From positions 321,780,001 through 321,844,000 of the forward strand of contig OZ024741.1 of NCBI GenBank assembly GCA_964016885.1: 64,000 nucleotides of DNA, in the 5' to 3' direction. The position numbers and the translations under genes are program-made. The DNA is from Eledone cirrhosa (lineage: Eukaryota). Below are positions 42,542-57,166 of the stretch, in pieces; position 1 is the first letter of the stretch, and each line of letters opens with the position of its first letter. The notes beneath the pieces were generated by a model that made no database searches, was not told the origin of the DNA, and was given only the letters and a program-made list of their open reading frames with translations.

Positions 42542-43895
42542 ATATATATATATATATATATAGAATTCAATACCTTACCACTGCAACCTCCATAATACTC
42601 TTACTTACCCACGTAAAGTGCTTGTATTACATGCAACACCCTGCCACACAATAATCATATATAAATGAGACACACATAACTAACGCATACAATAACTACT
42701 ACATCTGACTAACAAACTATCCTCTTGCATTATCTATGTTAACTGCCGAATGTATTTTAATTCTGTTTTAATTTTAATTTTGTTTTAATTTTGATATTGA
42801 TCTTGACATTGAATTTGAATTGCTATATGGAAGTAATATAATATAATATATGTCACTCGACTGTGCATCAATATATACATATGTATCTGTATGTCCCTTG
42901 CGTTGGAAAGGAGGTCAATCATGTGTACAAACATTGAAAAATGCTTCGAAGGCTCCAAGCCTAGGTTTGGATGAAACAATTTTAAGTTAAATGCTTTGAA
43001 CATAGCTTTGATTCTTGTGAATTCTATATAACTGCTCTGTAGAACAACTGATGTTATTACATTGAGCTATTTATTTTATGGTAATAAGGTAGTAATTAAT
43101 TACTGACCTTCACTGTTTAGGGTTGAAAATATATATAACTATAAAAAGTTTTAGTATATACATAACCATAAATAGTATCCTTAATATTATATATATATAT
43201 AATTATCTCCATCAACGTTTAACCTCCCCATTTTCCATGCTAGCATGGGTTAGACAGGTTTTCCCATTAGAGGCAAGTTGGGTCAGGTAAACGTTGCTCA
43301 TATAGAGCTATTTCTGGCTTGGTTTCTATGGCTGGAAGCCCATCCTAACGGCAACCACATTTACATTATATATATATATATATCATCAACATCATTTAAC
43401 ATCTATGCTGGCATGGGTTCGATGGGTCATCAGAGAACAAGTCACTACTTAATTGGTGTTACTGTCCTCCCAGAGAGGCTGGAGGTTACATCAAGCTTAC
43501 ATAATCAAGTTTTTGGTATGGTCTCTACTGCAGGATGCACTTCATATCATTAATGACTTTACAGCAGGTACTGGGGATATTTTACACAAAAACACACACA
43601 TGAATGCACACACACACACACACACACACATACAGACCTCACATAGATAGATATATATAGAGATTTTGTGAGGTAATTATAGTTACATGTAGGTAAAATT
43701 TATTTAATAGATATAAAGTTCTAAATCACAATACTATAAACTATTTAACACCTGTTATAGATAGGTGGACCCACGCACATACAAACATAGAGAGAGATTG
43801 TGTGAGATAAATTATAGTTAGTAATAGATACAATTTTAGCTGTACAATTCTGAAACACAATACTATAAATTTTTAACATCTGTTTAGTGAGAAAT

Positions 43896-43973
<78 letters not shown>

Positions 43974-44054
43974 CTCTAACATATTTTAATTATTGATTTA
44001 TTTTTATTTTCTCACTAACATTTATGAAATATTGTTATTTATTTAGTTTGAGTG

Positions 44055-46280
44055 TATGTGTGTGTGATAGAGAAAGATGAGTGTGTGAGAGGTATGTGTA
44101 TGTGTGTGTGAGAGAGATGTGTGTGTGTGTGAGAGAGAGGTGTGTGTTTGAGGGAGGTGTGTATTTGAGAGAGAGGTGTGTGTTTGAGACAGAGGTGTGT
44201 GTGTGAGAGAGATGTGTGTGTGAGAGAGGTGTGTGTGTTTGAGAGAGGTGTGTGTGTTTGAGAGAGGTGTGTGTGTTTGAGAGAGGTGTGTGTGTGAGAC
44301 AGAGGTGTGTGTGTGAGAGAGATGTGTGTGTGAGAGAGGTGTGTGTGTTTGAGAGAGGTGTGTGTGTTTGAGAGAGGTGTGTGTGTTTGAGAGAGGTGTG
44401 TGTGTGAGAGAGAGCTGTGTGTGTGAGAGAGAGGTGTGTGTGTGAGACAGAAGTGTATGTGTGAGAGAGGTGTGTGTGTGTGAGAGAGGTGTGTGTGTGA
44501 GAGAGAGGTGTGTGTGTGAGAGAGAGGTGTGTGTGTGAGACAGAGGTGTGTGTGTGAGAGAGGTGTGTATTTGAGAGAGATGTGTGTGTGAGAGAGATGT
44601 GTGTGTGAGAGAGGTGTGTGTGAGAGAGATGTGTGTGTGTGTGAGAGAGGTGTGTGTGTGAGAGAGATGTGTGTGTGTGAGAGAGATGTGTGTGTAAGAG
44701 AGATGTGTGTTTGTGAGAGAGATGTGTGTTTGAGAGAGGTATGTGTGTTTGAGAGAGGTGTGTGTGTGAGAGAGGTGTGTATTTGAGAGAGATGTGTGTG
44801 TGAGAGAGATGTGTGTGTGAGAGAGGTGGTTGTGTGAGACAGGTGTGTGTTTGAGAGAGAGATGTGTGTGTGAGAGAGAGATGTGTGTGTAAGAGAGATG
44901 TGTGTTTGTGAGAGAGATGTGTGTGTGAGAGGGAGGTGTGTGTGATAGAGAAAGATGAGTGTGTGAGAGGTATGTGTATGTGTGTGTGAGAGAGATGTGT
45001 GTGTGTGTGAGAGAGAGGTGTGTGTTTGAGGGAGGTGTGTATTTGAGAGAGAGGTGTGTGTTTGAGACAGAGGTGTGTGTGTGAGAGAGATGTGTGTGTG
45101 AGAGAGGTGTGTGTGTTTGAGAGAGGTGTGTGTGTTTGAGAGAGGTGTGTGTGTTTGAGAGAGGTGTGTGTGTGAGAGAGAGGTGTGTGTGAGAGAGAGG
45201 TGTGTGTGTGAGACAGAGGTGTGTGTGTGAGACAGAGGTGTGTGTGTGAGAAAGGTGTGTGTGTGAGAGAGAGGTGTGTGTGTGAGAGAGAGCTATGTGT
45301 GTGAGAGAGAGGTGTGTGTGTGAGACAGAAGTGTGTGTGTGAGAGAGGTGTGTGTGTGTGAGAGAGGTGTGTGTGTGAGAGAGAGGTGTGTGTGTGAGAG
45401 AGGTGTGTGTGTGAGACAGAGGTGTGTGTGTGAGAGAGGTGTGTATTTGAGAGAGATGTGTGTGTGAGAGAGATGTGTGTGTGAGAGAGGTGTGTGTGAG
45501 AGAGATGTGTGTGTGTGTGAGAGAGGTGTGTGTGTGAGAGAGATGTGTGTGTGTGAGAGAGATGTGTGTGTAAGAGAGATGTGTGTTTGTGAGAGAGATG
45601 TGTGTTTGAGAGAGGTATGTGTGTTTGAGAGAGGTATGTGTGTTTGAGAGAGGTGTGTATTTGAGAGAGATGTGTGTGTGAGAGAGATGTGTGTGTGAGA
45701 GAGGTGGTTGTGTGAGACAGGTGTGTGTTTGAGAGAGAGATGTGTGTGTGAGAGAGAGATGTGTGTGTAAGAGAGATGTGTGTTTGTGAGAGAGATGTTT
45801 GTGTGAGAGAGAGGTGTGTGTGTGAGAGAGAGATGTGTGTGTGAGAGAGAGATGTGTGTGTAAGAGAGATGTGTGTTTGTGAGAGAGAGGTGTGTGTGAG
45901 AGAGAGATGTGTGTGTGAGAGAGAGATGTGTGTGTAAGAGAGATGTGTGTTTGTGAGAGAGATGTGTGTTTGAGAGAGAGATGTGTGTTTGAGAGAGAGA
46001 TGTGTGTGTGAGAGAGAGATGTGTGTTTGTGAGAGAGAGGTATGTGTGAGAGAGAGGTGTGTGTGTGAGAGAGAGGTGTGTGTGTGAGAGAGAGGTGTGT
46101 GTTTGAGAGAGAGGTGTGTGTTTGAGAGAGAGGTGTGTGTTTGAGAGAGGTGTGTGTGTGTGAGAGAGGTGTGTGTGTGTGAGAGAGGTGGTTGTGTGAG
46201 AGAGAGGTGTGTGTGAGAGAGGTGTGAGAGTGTGAGAGAGGTGTGAGAGAGAGAGAGAGAGTGTGTGTGTGTGTGTAAGA
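44055..46280. repeat. Compound (GT)n(GA)n satellite with about 880-bp higher-order duplication
   Basis: Marker GATAGAGAAAGATGAGTGTGTGAGAGGTATG recurs at about 44066 and 44944. Confidence 0.9.
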
Positions 46281-46442
46281 GGTTTATATGTATGTGTGTG
46301 TATATGTATAAATGAGTATGAACAAGATTATGAGGTGTTCATACATTTCCTAATTATTTAACCATTTTAATACAAAATTGCCTCTGGATTTATGATACAA
46401 AACTGTTTATGGTGTTTATATTTATCTAAAATCCTTCCATAA

Positions 46443-47102
46443 TCTCTCTATATATAAAACGGAAGATGTCTGTCTGTGTGTGTGTGTATGATTTTTATGC
46501 ATTTCCACATTTCTCTACCGATTTTGATGATTTTTTTTTAACAATGTGCTCCAAATTTACCAAGGATGGTCACCGCGTAATAAACTTTGCCAAAAATTTC
46601 CTGCTTCTATGAAAAAGATCGATAAAATTAAATACATGTTGAAACCCTCTCTCTTACACGCTTATTCACTCTCACTACTACCTTCAAAAATCTATGAAAC
46701 TACATACATGTTGCAACTCTCTCTCTCTATATATATATCACACACACATATACATATACATCTAAAAAGAGAAAGGGAGATGTATGACACTTTATTTCAT
46801 GTTGCTCCAGTCCACTCAGCTGGCAAAAACGAGTTGTACCTCTTATTCAAAGAGCCAGCCTTGTCACATACAGTGTTGGACTGAATCACCATAAATGCAT
46901 TAATGGTATCCATGTCTATGGACTGCTCTGTCACCATTTACACGTTAATTTTGTAAGGCGGCTGTTCCATTGGTTGACCAGCTGGAAGCCACATCATTGT
47001 TGGAACTGACAGAGGTCCAACAACAACAGGCACACCAATACACAATTCCAGCTGAACCTCTAACTAATTATTCTCTGACACATATATACTATATATTGCT
47101 AG
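46443..47102 (+). mobile_element. Putative non-autonomous Helitron with nested SINE fragment
   Basis: Starts A|TCTCTCTATATATAAAA followed by (TGTC)n; candidate end CTAG|T; 3' boundary uncertain. Confidence 0.45.
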
Positions 47103-49942
47103 TGTTTTCTATCATTGGAGCATACCATATAATTAATTAAACAATATATGTGTGTGTGTGTGCGCGTGTGTGTGGAGGCATGTGGCCTAGTGATAGGGGT
47201 GCTGGACTTATGATCATAATGTCGTGGGTTCGATTCCTGGGTTGTGTGTTGTGTTGAGCAAAACACTTCATTTCACGTTGCTCCAGTATACTCAGCTGAA
47301 AATGAGTACCGGGAGGGATAAATGAGCCTTCTAACAGATTTTAGACTTTATATATATATATATAATCCAAAATGGCTGACTGAATAAACATACTTTTTCT
47401 TAAATTTTTTTTTTTCTGTTCCTTCTTCTTTTCACTCTCTATCTTTCTATTTCATCTTTTACTTCTCATTCTATCTTCTTATGAAGGACTAGTGCCTGAA
47501 ACTTAAAGACACTTTTCCTACTATATCAAATGTTAAATTAATATATTTCTTCATTGTACTGTATTATTTGTTTTATTATTTATGTTTACTTTTTGCACAC
47601 TCACACATATATCCAGCTGTATATCTAACTAATTATTCAATGATGCAATGATGTGTGTGAAGCTGGTGTATGTCACTGGTGTTTTCTAACAGTGGAACAA
47701 GTCTGAGTAGCTGTCAAAGGTGTGGAAAATATATTTAAGTGGCAGCAATGCTGACATTTATTTCATCTGGAAATTACTGATTAATCTGTCTGTCTGTTGT
47801 TGTTGTTTAGCTTGAGGTCAGCTCTGATCCAGCAGACATATGATCAAATGACATTCCAGCTGTCACTGCTCCTATTCCAGTTATATAGTCTAATGCAGTG
47901 TAACTAGACTACAGGACATTATGGACTTGCATTGGCTTTGACCTTTGATGATGAGTGTTCCAATTTTTTGATCAGTAGAACTGCCTGTTCATGAAATTAA
48001 TGTGGCTGAACATTTCACAGACACATGTACACTTACCATATTCTTCCATGTATACTGTGCAGTTTTTTCACCTTTTCTCTTGTTTGTTTTGGGTGTGTGC
48101 GGTATATACCATAAATAAATGTTATACACCAATACAAAGCTTTCCTAGACATTTTTCTGATCAAAAAGAGGTGCATGTTTTACATGGATGTGCACAATAC
48201 ACAGAAGAATATGGTAATGTAATTATCAGGGAGATTCAGTGTAACATAGTGTGTGAAAAGCTGGTTCTCTGACTTACAAGTACCGTCCATCTACCCAGTT
48301 TTACTCACAAGGCATAGGTCGGCATGAGGATATGGTGAATGACCCTTGGTCAAGATGCCATGCAGTGGGATCAAATCCAGGACCTAATGATTGCAAAACA
48401 AACTTCTAGACCATTTGGCCATTATCAAATTTGTCCTTTAAGACAATATAATGTGATTAGTGAAGGTATGAGGCTTAGAAATTAGGGTGCTTGGCTCACA
48501 TGTGTGTGATTCCTGGTGGCATGTTATCATTGTATCCTTGAACAAGACACTTTATTTCCTGTGGCTCCAGCCTACTCAGCTAGCAAAAAAGAATTGTACA
48601 TGTAATTCAAAGAAACAACTTTTTTACACACTGTATCATGTTGAATCCACATGTCTATGGAATGCTTAGCCTCTTGCATGATAATTTTATGAGCAGACAA
48701 AGGCCCAATGCACATGATATGATTTGAGAGCGATTTGGTTGCTATTTCTATCAGTTTGAGTGACTACATTGAGGCTCTCTCATTGACTGAATAATTGTTG
48801 TTGTTATTTAGTTGAACTCTGATCAAGCAGACCCATGTTCAAAGGCATCTCAGCCATGATCACAATTCTGTCTTTTAGTTCGACAGAGTAAGATAGGCTA
48901 TATTATCAAATTAGTCCATATGTACCTTAACATATGTATGAGTGGCTGGTTTGAACAGAAAGGGGTGAGAGAATTCTGGCCGGATATGACCGGTTTAAAT
49001 GCTAAAGGGTTAAGATGATATTTCTACCAAATACAGTGTATTTTATTAGAAACATGGTAATAAAAGAGTTAAATACCATGGGGTGTGATTTGAGAGTGAT
49101 TTGGCTGCTATTTCTCAGAATTTAAGTGAGCATATGGAGGCTCCTTCATTGACTCATTAACGACACTGTCCTATTTCTGTTATTAAGCTCAACCAGATAT
49201 AGCAAAATAATTAATTAAAACTCCCTCCAAAATTTTAATTAATTATTTTAAATACTATATATCTCATTAGAAAATGGTAGATGATGAAAGAGTTAAAGAC
49301 AGTAAGAAAAGTAGGATTTGAAAGAGATTTGGCTGCTATTTCTAGAAATTAGAGCGACCATGTAGAGGCTCTCATTGACTTTATATGACAAAAGATATAA
49401 AGAGACAAAAGTGAGTAGCTATTTCTAGGAATTTCCATAGCTGCAATGAATCTGTGAATGTCTTTGACTGGAAACAGTTTAGTCATTCAATGTCCTCCTA
49501 CTCTTCTTTTTACATTCATTATTTGTTGTCATCTGCTGTTCACTGTAATAATTGTCTTTCAAGTAGCAGCTTGTGTAAGACAATGTTAAACATGACACAC
49601 ACATATACACACATACTCTCTCACACACATACACATACATGCACTCATCACATCACACATGTGCACGCTACATTGTAAGTATGAGTGTGGGATGGGATGT
49701 TTATGTGTGTGTGGAGGGAAGAAGAGTAGAAGAGAAAAAATGAAAGGGAGAGAGAGAGAGAGAGAGAGAGAGAGGGAAAGAGAGAGACATGCACCCACAC
49801 ACACTCATATATATACACACATGTATGTATGATTCTGATAGAGTTGTAGAGGTACGGTAGTGACAAATAACATGTCTTTAGCATTTTAAACCAGGCGGGC
49901 TCATCCCTACTGTAGGTCTGAACACAGCTGATATCTTATACG

Positions 49943-49973
<31 letters not shown>

Positions 49974-50196
49974 CTTAGAGAAAGAGAGAGAGAGAGAGAT
50001 GAGAATGAAAAAGAAGTATAGAATAATTGACACCTGTATTGGACAGGCACTTTTCTACTGACCTCAAAAGGATGAAAAGCAAAGTTGACCTTGGTAGGTT
50101 TTGAACTCAGAGCACAGAGAGCCAGAATGAACATCGCAAACATTCTGTCTGGTTTTGTAACAATTTGCCATCTCTCTTTCTTTCTCTCTCTCTTTT

Positions 50197-50235
<39 letters not shown>

Positions 50236-50264
50236 CAAGTAATACAAATTGGTGCCATACCCAA

Positions 50265-51575
50265 TGACTGGCGTAGCATCATCATCGTCAAGTGTTACAA
50301 GTGCAAAGGAGAAAACTATAAAGGCATCAAGTTGATTGACCAGGTCATAAAGGTCACAGAAAGTGTTATTGCACAGCTGATCAGTGACTGAGTTAACATA
50401 GATGAAATGCAACTCAGATTTGTGCCAGGTAAAATCACCACTCATGCCTTCTTCCTTGTGAGGCAACTACAGAAGTACCTAGCTAAAAGCAAACCCCTCC
50501 ATTACCTGGTGGGCTCTTAGAAAATTAGGAGTTGATGAGTGGCTTGTGAGGGCAATACACGCCATGAATAGAAGAACAATCAGTAAGGTTATAATTAATA
50601 ATGACTATAGTGAAGAATTTAGCGTGCAGGTAGGAATGCATTAGGGCTCTGTTCTTAGTCCTCCGCTGTTTATTATTGTTCTGCATGCTATAACAAAAAA
50701 GTTTGAGACTGGCTATCCATGGGGACTTCTGTATGCAGATGATTTAACACTTATAGCTGAATCTATGGCAGAACTAGAGAAGAAATTCCAAATCTGGAAG
50801 CAAGGCCTAGAATCTAAAGGTCTTAAAGTCAACTTGGCAAAGACCAAAGTCCTAATGTGGTGAAAGGAGTAAATAGAAATTTCATCTTATGTCCCATGCA
50901 AACTATGGGTACACAAGAGATGTAGCAGGGTTTCAGGTACTCTAGCAAGGAATGCAGGTTTTATATATGGTCAATGCACAGGTGCAGTAAGAAGCAAGAG
51001 TCCACAGAATACTAGCTCCTTTAAATGCCCAGAGGGCTTGGTAGAAGTAGTTGGTAGTTTCTGTTACCTGGGTGACCAAATTAACAGTGGAGGTGGGTGT
51101 TCCAAAAGTACTGTAGCTAGAGTGAGAACGGGATGGAGAAAGTTTAGGGAGACCTTATTGCTCTAACTACAAATGGTTATTCCCTCAAAATGACGGGAAA
51201 ATTGTTTGATGCATGTATACAAACAGCAATGTTGCATGGTAGTGAGACCTGGGCACTGTGTGCAGAGGACCTACGAAGATTGGAAAGAAATGAAGCTGGC
51301 ATGTTTTGATGGATGTGTGATCTGAGAGAGAAACTAGGCATGAGAGGGATCAGATAAAGTGTGCAGGAGAGGTATGGACATGTGATGTGTATAAAGGATG
51401 ACAGTTGTACAAAAAGGTGCAGAGCATTCAAAGTTGATGGAAGCTATGGTGTAGGAAGACCTAGGAAGACTTGGGATGAGGTGATAAAAGCTGACCTTGC
51501 ACAATTGCATCTCTTGAAGGATTGAGATCTCTGGCGTTACGCAGTAATACAGAAGACCTGCCTTGCAGCATACGC
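50265..51575 (+). mobile_element. Decayed RTE LINE, same family as 38869-41257
   Basis: Colinear nucleotide similarity (AACTATAAAGGCATCAAGTTGATTGAC; TATGCAGATGAT; CATGGTAGTGAGACCTGGGCA) with stops and deletions. Confidence 0.9.
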
Positions 51576-52730
51576 CTTGGTTGCACTAACTTCCTCTTCC
51601 CCTTCCATACATCCCGCTACATCCTAATATATATATTCCTAATTATGATATATATATATATATATTTGTGCGTATATACAAATGATCATCATCACCTCCA
51701 TCTTACATCCATTTTCCATGCTAGCATGGGTTAGATGGGTTGTCCTGTTGTGGGCAATGCTAGGTCAGGTGACCATATCTTGCTCATACAGGACTGATTC
51801 TGGTTTGGTTTCTACAGCTGGTTGCCCTTCCTAACGCCAACCTCATTTACAGTAAGTACTGGGTGATTTTTGTCATGACGCCTACACGATCACATTACAG
51901 TGTGGGATGGGTGCTTGTTGTTGTGACACCTACACGACAACTTTACAGTGTGGGCTGGGCACTTTTTGCTGTTTCACCATCACGACCACTTTACAGTTTG
52001 GGCTGGGGGCTTCACTGGATGCATTTACTTTGGCCTGTCCTCATGGGAGTGAATGGGAGGGTGGAGTGGGGTATACTGTGTATGTATATATATATATATA
52101 TATTGTTATATCCGGGGATGGTCATGTTGCCAGTATTGGCAATAAAAAAACACATGCACTTTATTTTTCTTACTAGTTATTGGTTAGTTCATCAAAGTTC
52201 TTTTGTCATACATTCTGTGACCTCCTCAATGACTATCTGTTCTCTTTTGTGCCTCCTCTTCTTTCTGGTCTTCATCTGTTGCTCCATCTTAACTTTTGTT
52301 TTGTGGTGCATTTTTCATGATTTATGTCTGTGCATGCATTTGCGCCTTTCCCTGTGTATGTGTGTGTCTTTGTGTTTGTTATGTCTATGTGCGTTTTATG
52401 AATGTGTGTGGGTTTGTATTTTTCACTGTTTGTGTCTTCTTTTCCCTATTCTGTCTTCAGTAACTAGGTCAAGAGCTATTACTGTTCCACTTGTGTTTTC
52501 TGTTCAGACTAAGTCTATCTTCTATTATGTGTGTGGACTCCATAATTTGTCTGACTGTTGCATCAGTTCTATGTATGGATATGATCTTTATTTCTATGTT
52601 ATATATTGAGCCCCTGTGTGCCAGATAGTACTAAGTGGAGGAGGTTCTTCTAAACTGGCCTCTCATCAGGTGCTGAAACAAAAATCTCTCTCTATATATA
52701 CTTATACATACATTTACATATATAATACGT

Positions 52731-52873
52731 ATATATACAATGAACATATGGGTAGCCGTGCTGCCAAAGAAAAATATTTTTCTGTAATGAAACAAAGCTT
52801 TGTTTCCTTTCGTTTCATTACGAAAAAATATTTTTCTTTGGCAGTGAGGCTATCCATATGTTTATTGTATATA
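52731..52873. repeat. Fold-back island (about 60-bp arms) in (TA)n
   Basis: TACAATGAACATATGGGTAGCC..CTGCCAAAGAAAAATATTTT inverted at 52812-52873. Confidence 0.8.
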
Positions 52874-53319
52874 AACATATTATATATGTTTATATATACT
52901 TAAACGCTGTTTTAATGCTACTGACAATTACATATATTTATATATATATATACATCATATACATATACATTACACACACACACACATTATATATATATAT
53001 ATATATAAAGGAATAGAGGGATTGAAACAAATAGTAGTAGGTGACAAGTCATGGATACAAAGAGGAAGGTTAACTCTTTCATGATCATAATTCTAATGAA
53101 ATATAATCTATTTTAATCAATTAATGTAGAATTTTGAGGGATTTAATAAAATTATCAATTGCTTCATTACTCAGATAGTAATATATGGCTCTCATATAAG
53201 AAGATTATGTTGAAAGATTCTAATTTAAATAGGAACCCTTCAAAATGAATGGTTTTATTTCCTAGAACCAGAGCTGGTTTTTGCAAGGTTGGTATCAAAA
53301 GGGCTAAGCTAAAGTATAT

Positions 53320-54080
53320 ATCATCACCATCTTCGTTTAACGTCCATCTTCCACGTTAGCATGGGTTACACGGGAGTTGTCCCACTTGAGGCAAGGTTGA
53401 TCGGGTGACCGTGTCTCGCTCATATAGGACTATCTGGCAGGTTTTCTATGACTGGATGCCTTTCCTAACACCAACCACATTTACAGTGTGGAACTGGGAT
53501 CCTTTTACCGTGTTACCTACATGCCCACATTACAGTGTGGACTGTGCGTTTTTTGTCGTGACACCTACACGATCTCGATCTCATTATCTCATTTATTTGG
53601 ACTGGATGTTGTGGTTCCAACTTTACAGAGAGAGGGTGGTGTTGGTGGGAGTGGGCGGATAGGGTAGGGGTGGTGGATTGGGGTGTATATTTGGTTAAGA
53701 GGTGCCTACTGATTGTAGGTTTCGCTTTGTATATAGGCAAGGCGGGTCTTCTGTATTACTGTGTAGCGCCAAAGATCTCGGTCTAGTGACATTGTCTTAG
53801 AGAGGTGCAAGTGTGTAAGGTCGGAATTTATCAAATTGTCCCAGGTTTCCTACTCCGTAACTTCCATAAATTTTGATCGCCCTGCACTTTTTTATACAGC
53901 TGTCGTCTTTCATGTGCATCACGTGACCATACCAACGTAGTGTTCTCTCAAGTAAACAGCATCTGATCCCTCTTATTCCTAATTTCTCACTTAGTTCATT
54001 TATGCTTTGCCGTTCACGTATATTACTATTACACATCCAATGGAGCATGCATGCTTCATTCCTGTCCAGTCTGCGCATTT
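53320..54080 (-). mobile_element. 5'-truncated RTE LINE 3' end
   Basis: RRLDRNEACMLHWMCN...LRWYGHVMHM plus matching 3' UTR. Confidence 0.9.
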
Positions 54081-54206
54081 GCTGTATATGGGTCAAAGAG
54101 ACAACTTAAGGTAGAGAGTACTATTGATGATGACATGGCAACCTAGACATTCTGTAAAGTGGTTGGCAATCAAGGGGAGACAATTCAGATCAAAAGGACC
54201 CCTTAA

Positions 54207-54420
54207 CCCATTAGCATTTACATTACTCTATATATATATACTATTGTATTTTTGTGGTAAAGGCTTTATCTTACATAATTATCTCACATAATATTGAATC
54301 TATGAGATTTTGATGCTATTTATTTTGAGAACAAAACCTTAATGTCAGTATGAATGGCTAGTTACGGTTGGTTTGAGCAGAAAATTCTGGCCGGATACAG
54401 CCGGTTTAAATGCTAAAGGG
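54207..54420. mobile_element. piggyBac-type MITE; second copy 54936-55163, fragments near 49000, 55391 and 56988
   Basis: TTAA|CCCATTAGCATTTA...TAAATGCTAAAGGG|TTAA. Confidence 0.8.
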
Positions 54421-55409
54421 TTAAGCCTATTAGTGCTGGTGCCATGATAAAATGCATCACAATATACACTGTAAAATGGCGTTAAGAAGGGAAATCCAAT
54501 CAGAAATCTTGTGTAAAAATGAAACATGAGCAAGAAATAGTCTTCTGACCTGTCTGGGAGAGCAGTAACTCTGAATAACCACTGACTCATAGTGTACTGA
54601 CCTGTTCAGTTCATGTCAGCGTGGAAAGAGGACATATGCTGATGACGATGATCATGATGATGATAATGAGTGAGTGTATAAAAGTATTCCAACTTTGCAG
54701 CTGTTGTTGTTATAACCTTATAAGTAGGTTAACATATGTTACCGCAGTAATCTGAATCCAAGATCTGGATAGTCTTGTAAACAATCTACTTCCTAATTAT
54801 TGATCCCATCCCATCCCCTACCTACGCATACTTCAATCATTCTAATCAAAACTTAACCCTACCATCACTGGTAGGGCTATTGTCCTAACATTGGTGGTAT
54901 CATTACTATGATAGTCATAGGGCATCTATCATTAACCCATTAGCATTTACATTACTCTATATATACTATTGTACTTTTGTGGTAAAGGTACAATAGTATA
55001 TTGTGGTAAAGGCTTTATCTCACATAATATTAAATCTACAAGATTTGATGTTATTTATTTTGAGAACAATACCTTAACGTCGGTATGAGTGGCTATTTAT
55101 GGCCGGTCGAACAGAAAGAGGTGAGAGTTTTTGCCGGATATGGCCGGTTTAAATGCCAAAGAGTTAAAACACATTTGTGAGTATCAATGATACAGCACAA
55201 ATGAGCCAAGAGAAAAAATATGAGAAACTAGATGTAGTTCACAAGAGAGAAGATGGGTTGAACCTCATGAAGATGGTGTGTGTAAGAGGAAAGCCCCATC
55301 CAACCCATGCAATCATAGAAAAACATATATAAGAATGATGATGTTGATGGTGTACAAATACTAATTTATTTACCAGTTCTTAGACAATCTTTAACCCTTT
55401 AGCATTCAC

Positions 55410-55958
55410 GATCACTTTACAGTGGAATGATAGGGACCTCAGTCCTATCATCTCATTTCTACATCTGAGTAAACTGGAGCAATGTGAAATAAAGTGTCTT
55501 GCTCAAGGAAACAACACATCACCCGGTCCGAGAATTGAAATCACAACCTTTCCATTGCAAGCCCAATGCTCTAACCACTAAGCCATGTGCCTTCATATAT
55601 ATATATATATATTTCATCATTTCATCATCATTTCATTTTACGTCCACTTTTCCCTGCTTGCAAGGGTGGGACGGGAACTGATTCTGGCTTGATTTCTACA
55701 GCTGGATGCCCTTCCTAACACCAACCTCATTTACAGTGAGTGCTGGGTGCTTTTTTGCCGTGGCACCTCCACGACCACTTTGCAGTGGAATGATATGGAC
55801 CCCAGTCCCTATCATCTCATTTCTACAGCTGAGTAAACTGGAGCAATGTGAAATAAAGTGTCTTGCTCAAGGAAACAACACATCACCCGGTCTGAGAATT
55901 GAACTCACAACCTTTCGATTGCAAGGCCAATGCTCTAACCACTAAGCCATGAGCCTCC
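55410..55958 (-). mobile_element. Two tandem SINE family B copies
   Basis: Match to 28565-28895. Confidence 0.88.
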
Positions 55959-55960
55959 AT

Positions 55961-56076
<116 letters not shown>

Positions 56077-57166
56077 AAAAGACAAATTTACAGTTTGGAG
56101 AAACTAAGTGAAAACTTATGCAAAAAAAAAATTGAACAAAAATTACAAACAAATATTAAAACATAATCCCCACCAGTACCACCACCACTACCATCACCAC
56201 CACCACAACACCTCACCCACTGCCATTCTAATGAAGATCTATATTTTTAAATATATTAATGTTGCTGCTGGATCTTTGTTGGTTCCAACAATGAGTGTAC
56301 CAGTTGTTCAACCAATGGAACAGTCTGCTCATGAAATTAACATGTAAGAGATTAAGTATTCCATAGACTCATGTACCTGCTGGTCCTTTGAATTACAAGT
56401 ACATGGTAGTTTTTTGCCAAATGGGTGAACTGGAACAATGTGAAATAAAGTGCCTTGTTCAAGGACTCATGACCTTACAATTATGAGCCAAACACACTAA
56501 CCACTATGCCATGTGCCTTCACTAAACAGATTAGTATAGGAAATATATATGGATTCTATTTTCTTTAGTTTCAGTCTTTGTAATAAACATCATTATGAAC
56601 ACATCATTATTCTTATCAAAACATCTATAATTATCAACATCTTTAACATCATTATTAATCTATTTATTGTATTATGTTTTTTTCTTCCTCTTTGTTATCT
56701 GATGAAACATCTATATGGCAGAATAATTGTTTGAAATAAATCTAGTAAGAAAGTTATCTAGAATACAGGTAAACAAAGTTTACCTGTATTGTTTATATAG
56801 TAGGTACACTAAGTTTACTTATCAATGAGTGTGTGTCTAGAGTAGAATAGGTAGACTGTATCAGAGTATCTCGTAAGAGGTGACTAAAACAATTGGTACT
56901 AGGAAGGGCATCCAGCTGTAAAACCATCCCTTGAAAAGGACATCATACCATGGGTCCTGTAAGGCCAACCCCCACTTTAACAGGGCCTTAACCCTTTAGC
57001 ATTTAAACTGGCTGTAAAGTTTGTCTTTTGTTCTCTCTCTCTCTCTATATATATATATATACATGTGTGTGTGTGCATGGGTGTGTGTGTGTGTGTACAT
57101 ATATATGTATTAAAGATTGTTTAAGAACTGGTAAATAAATTTGTATTTCTACATCATCATCATCAT

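Noticed and set aside
51863-52609. 248-aa hydrophobic ORF
   Set aside because: Spans SINE/RTE tail fragments, (TA)n and a T/G-rich Penelope-like island; compositional artefact
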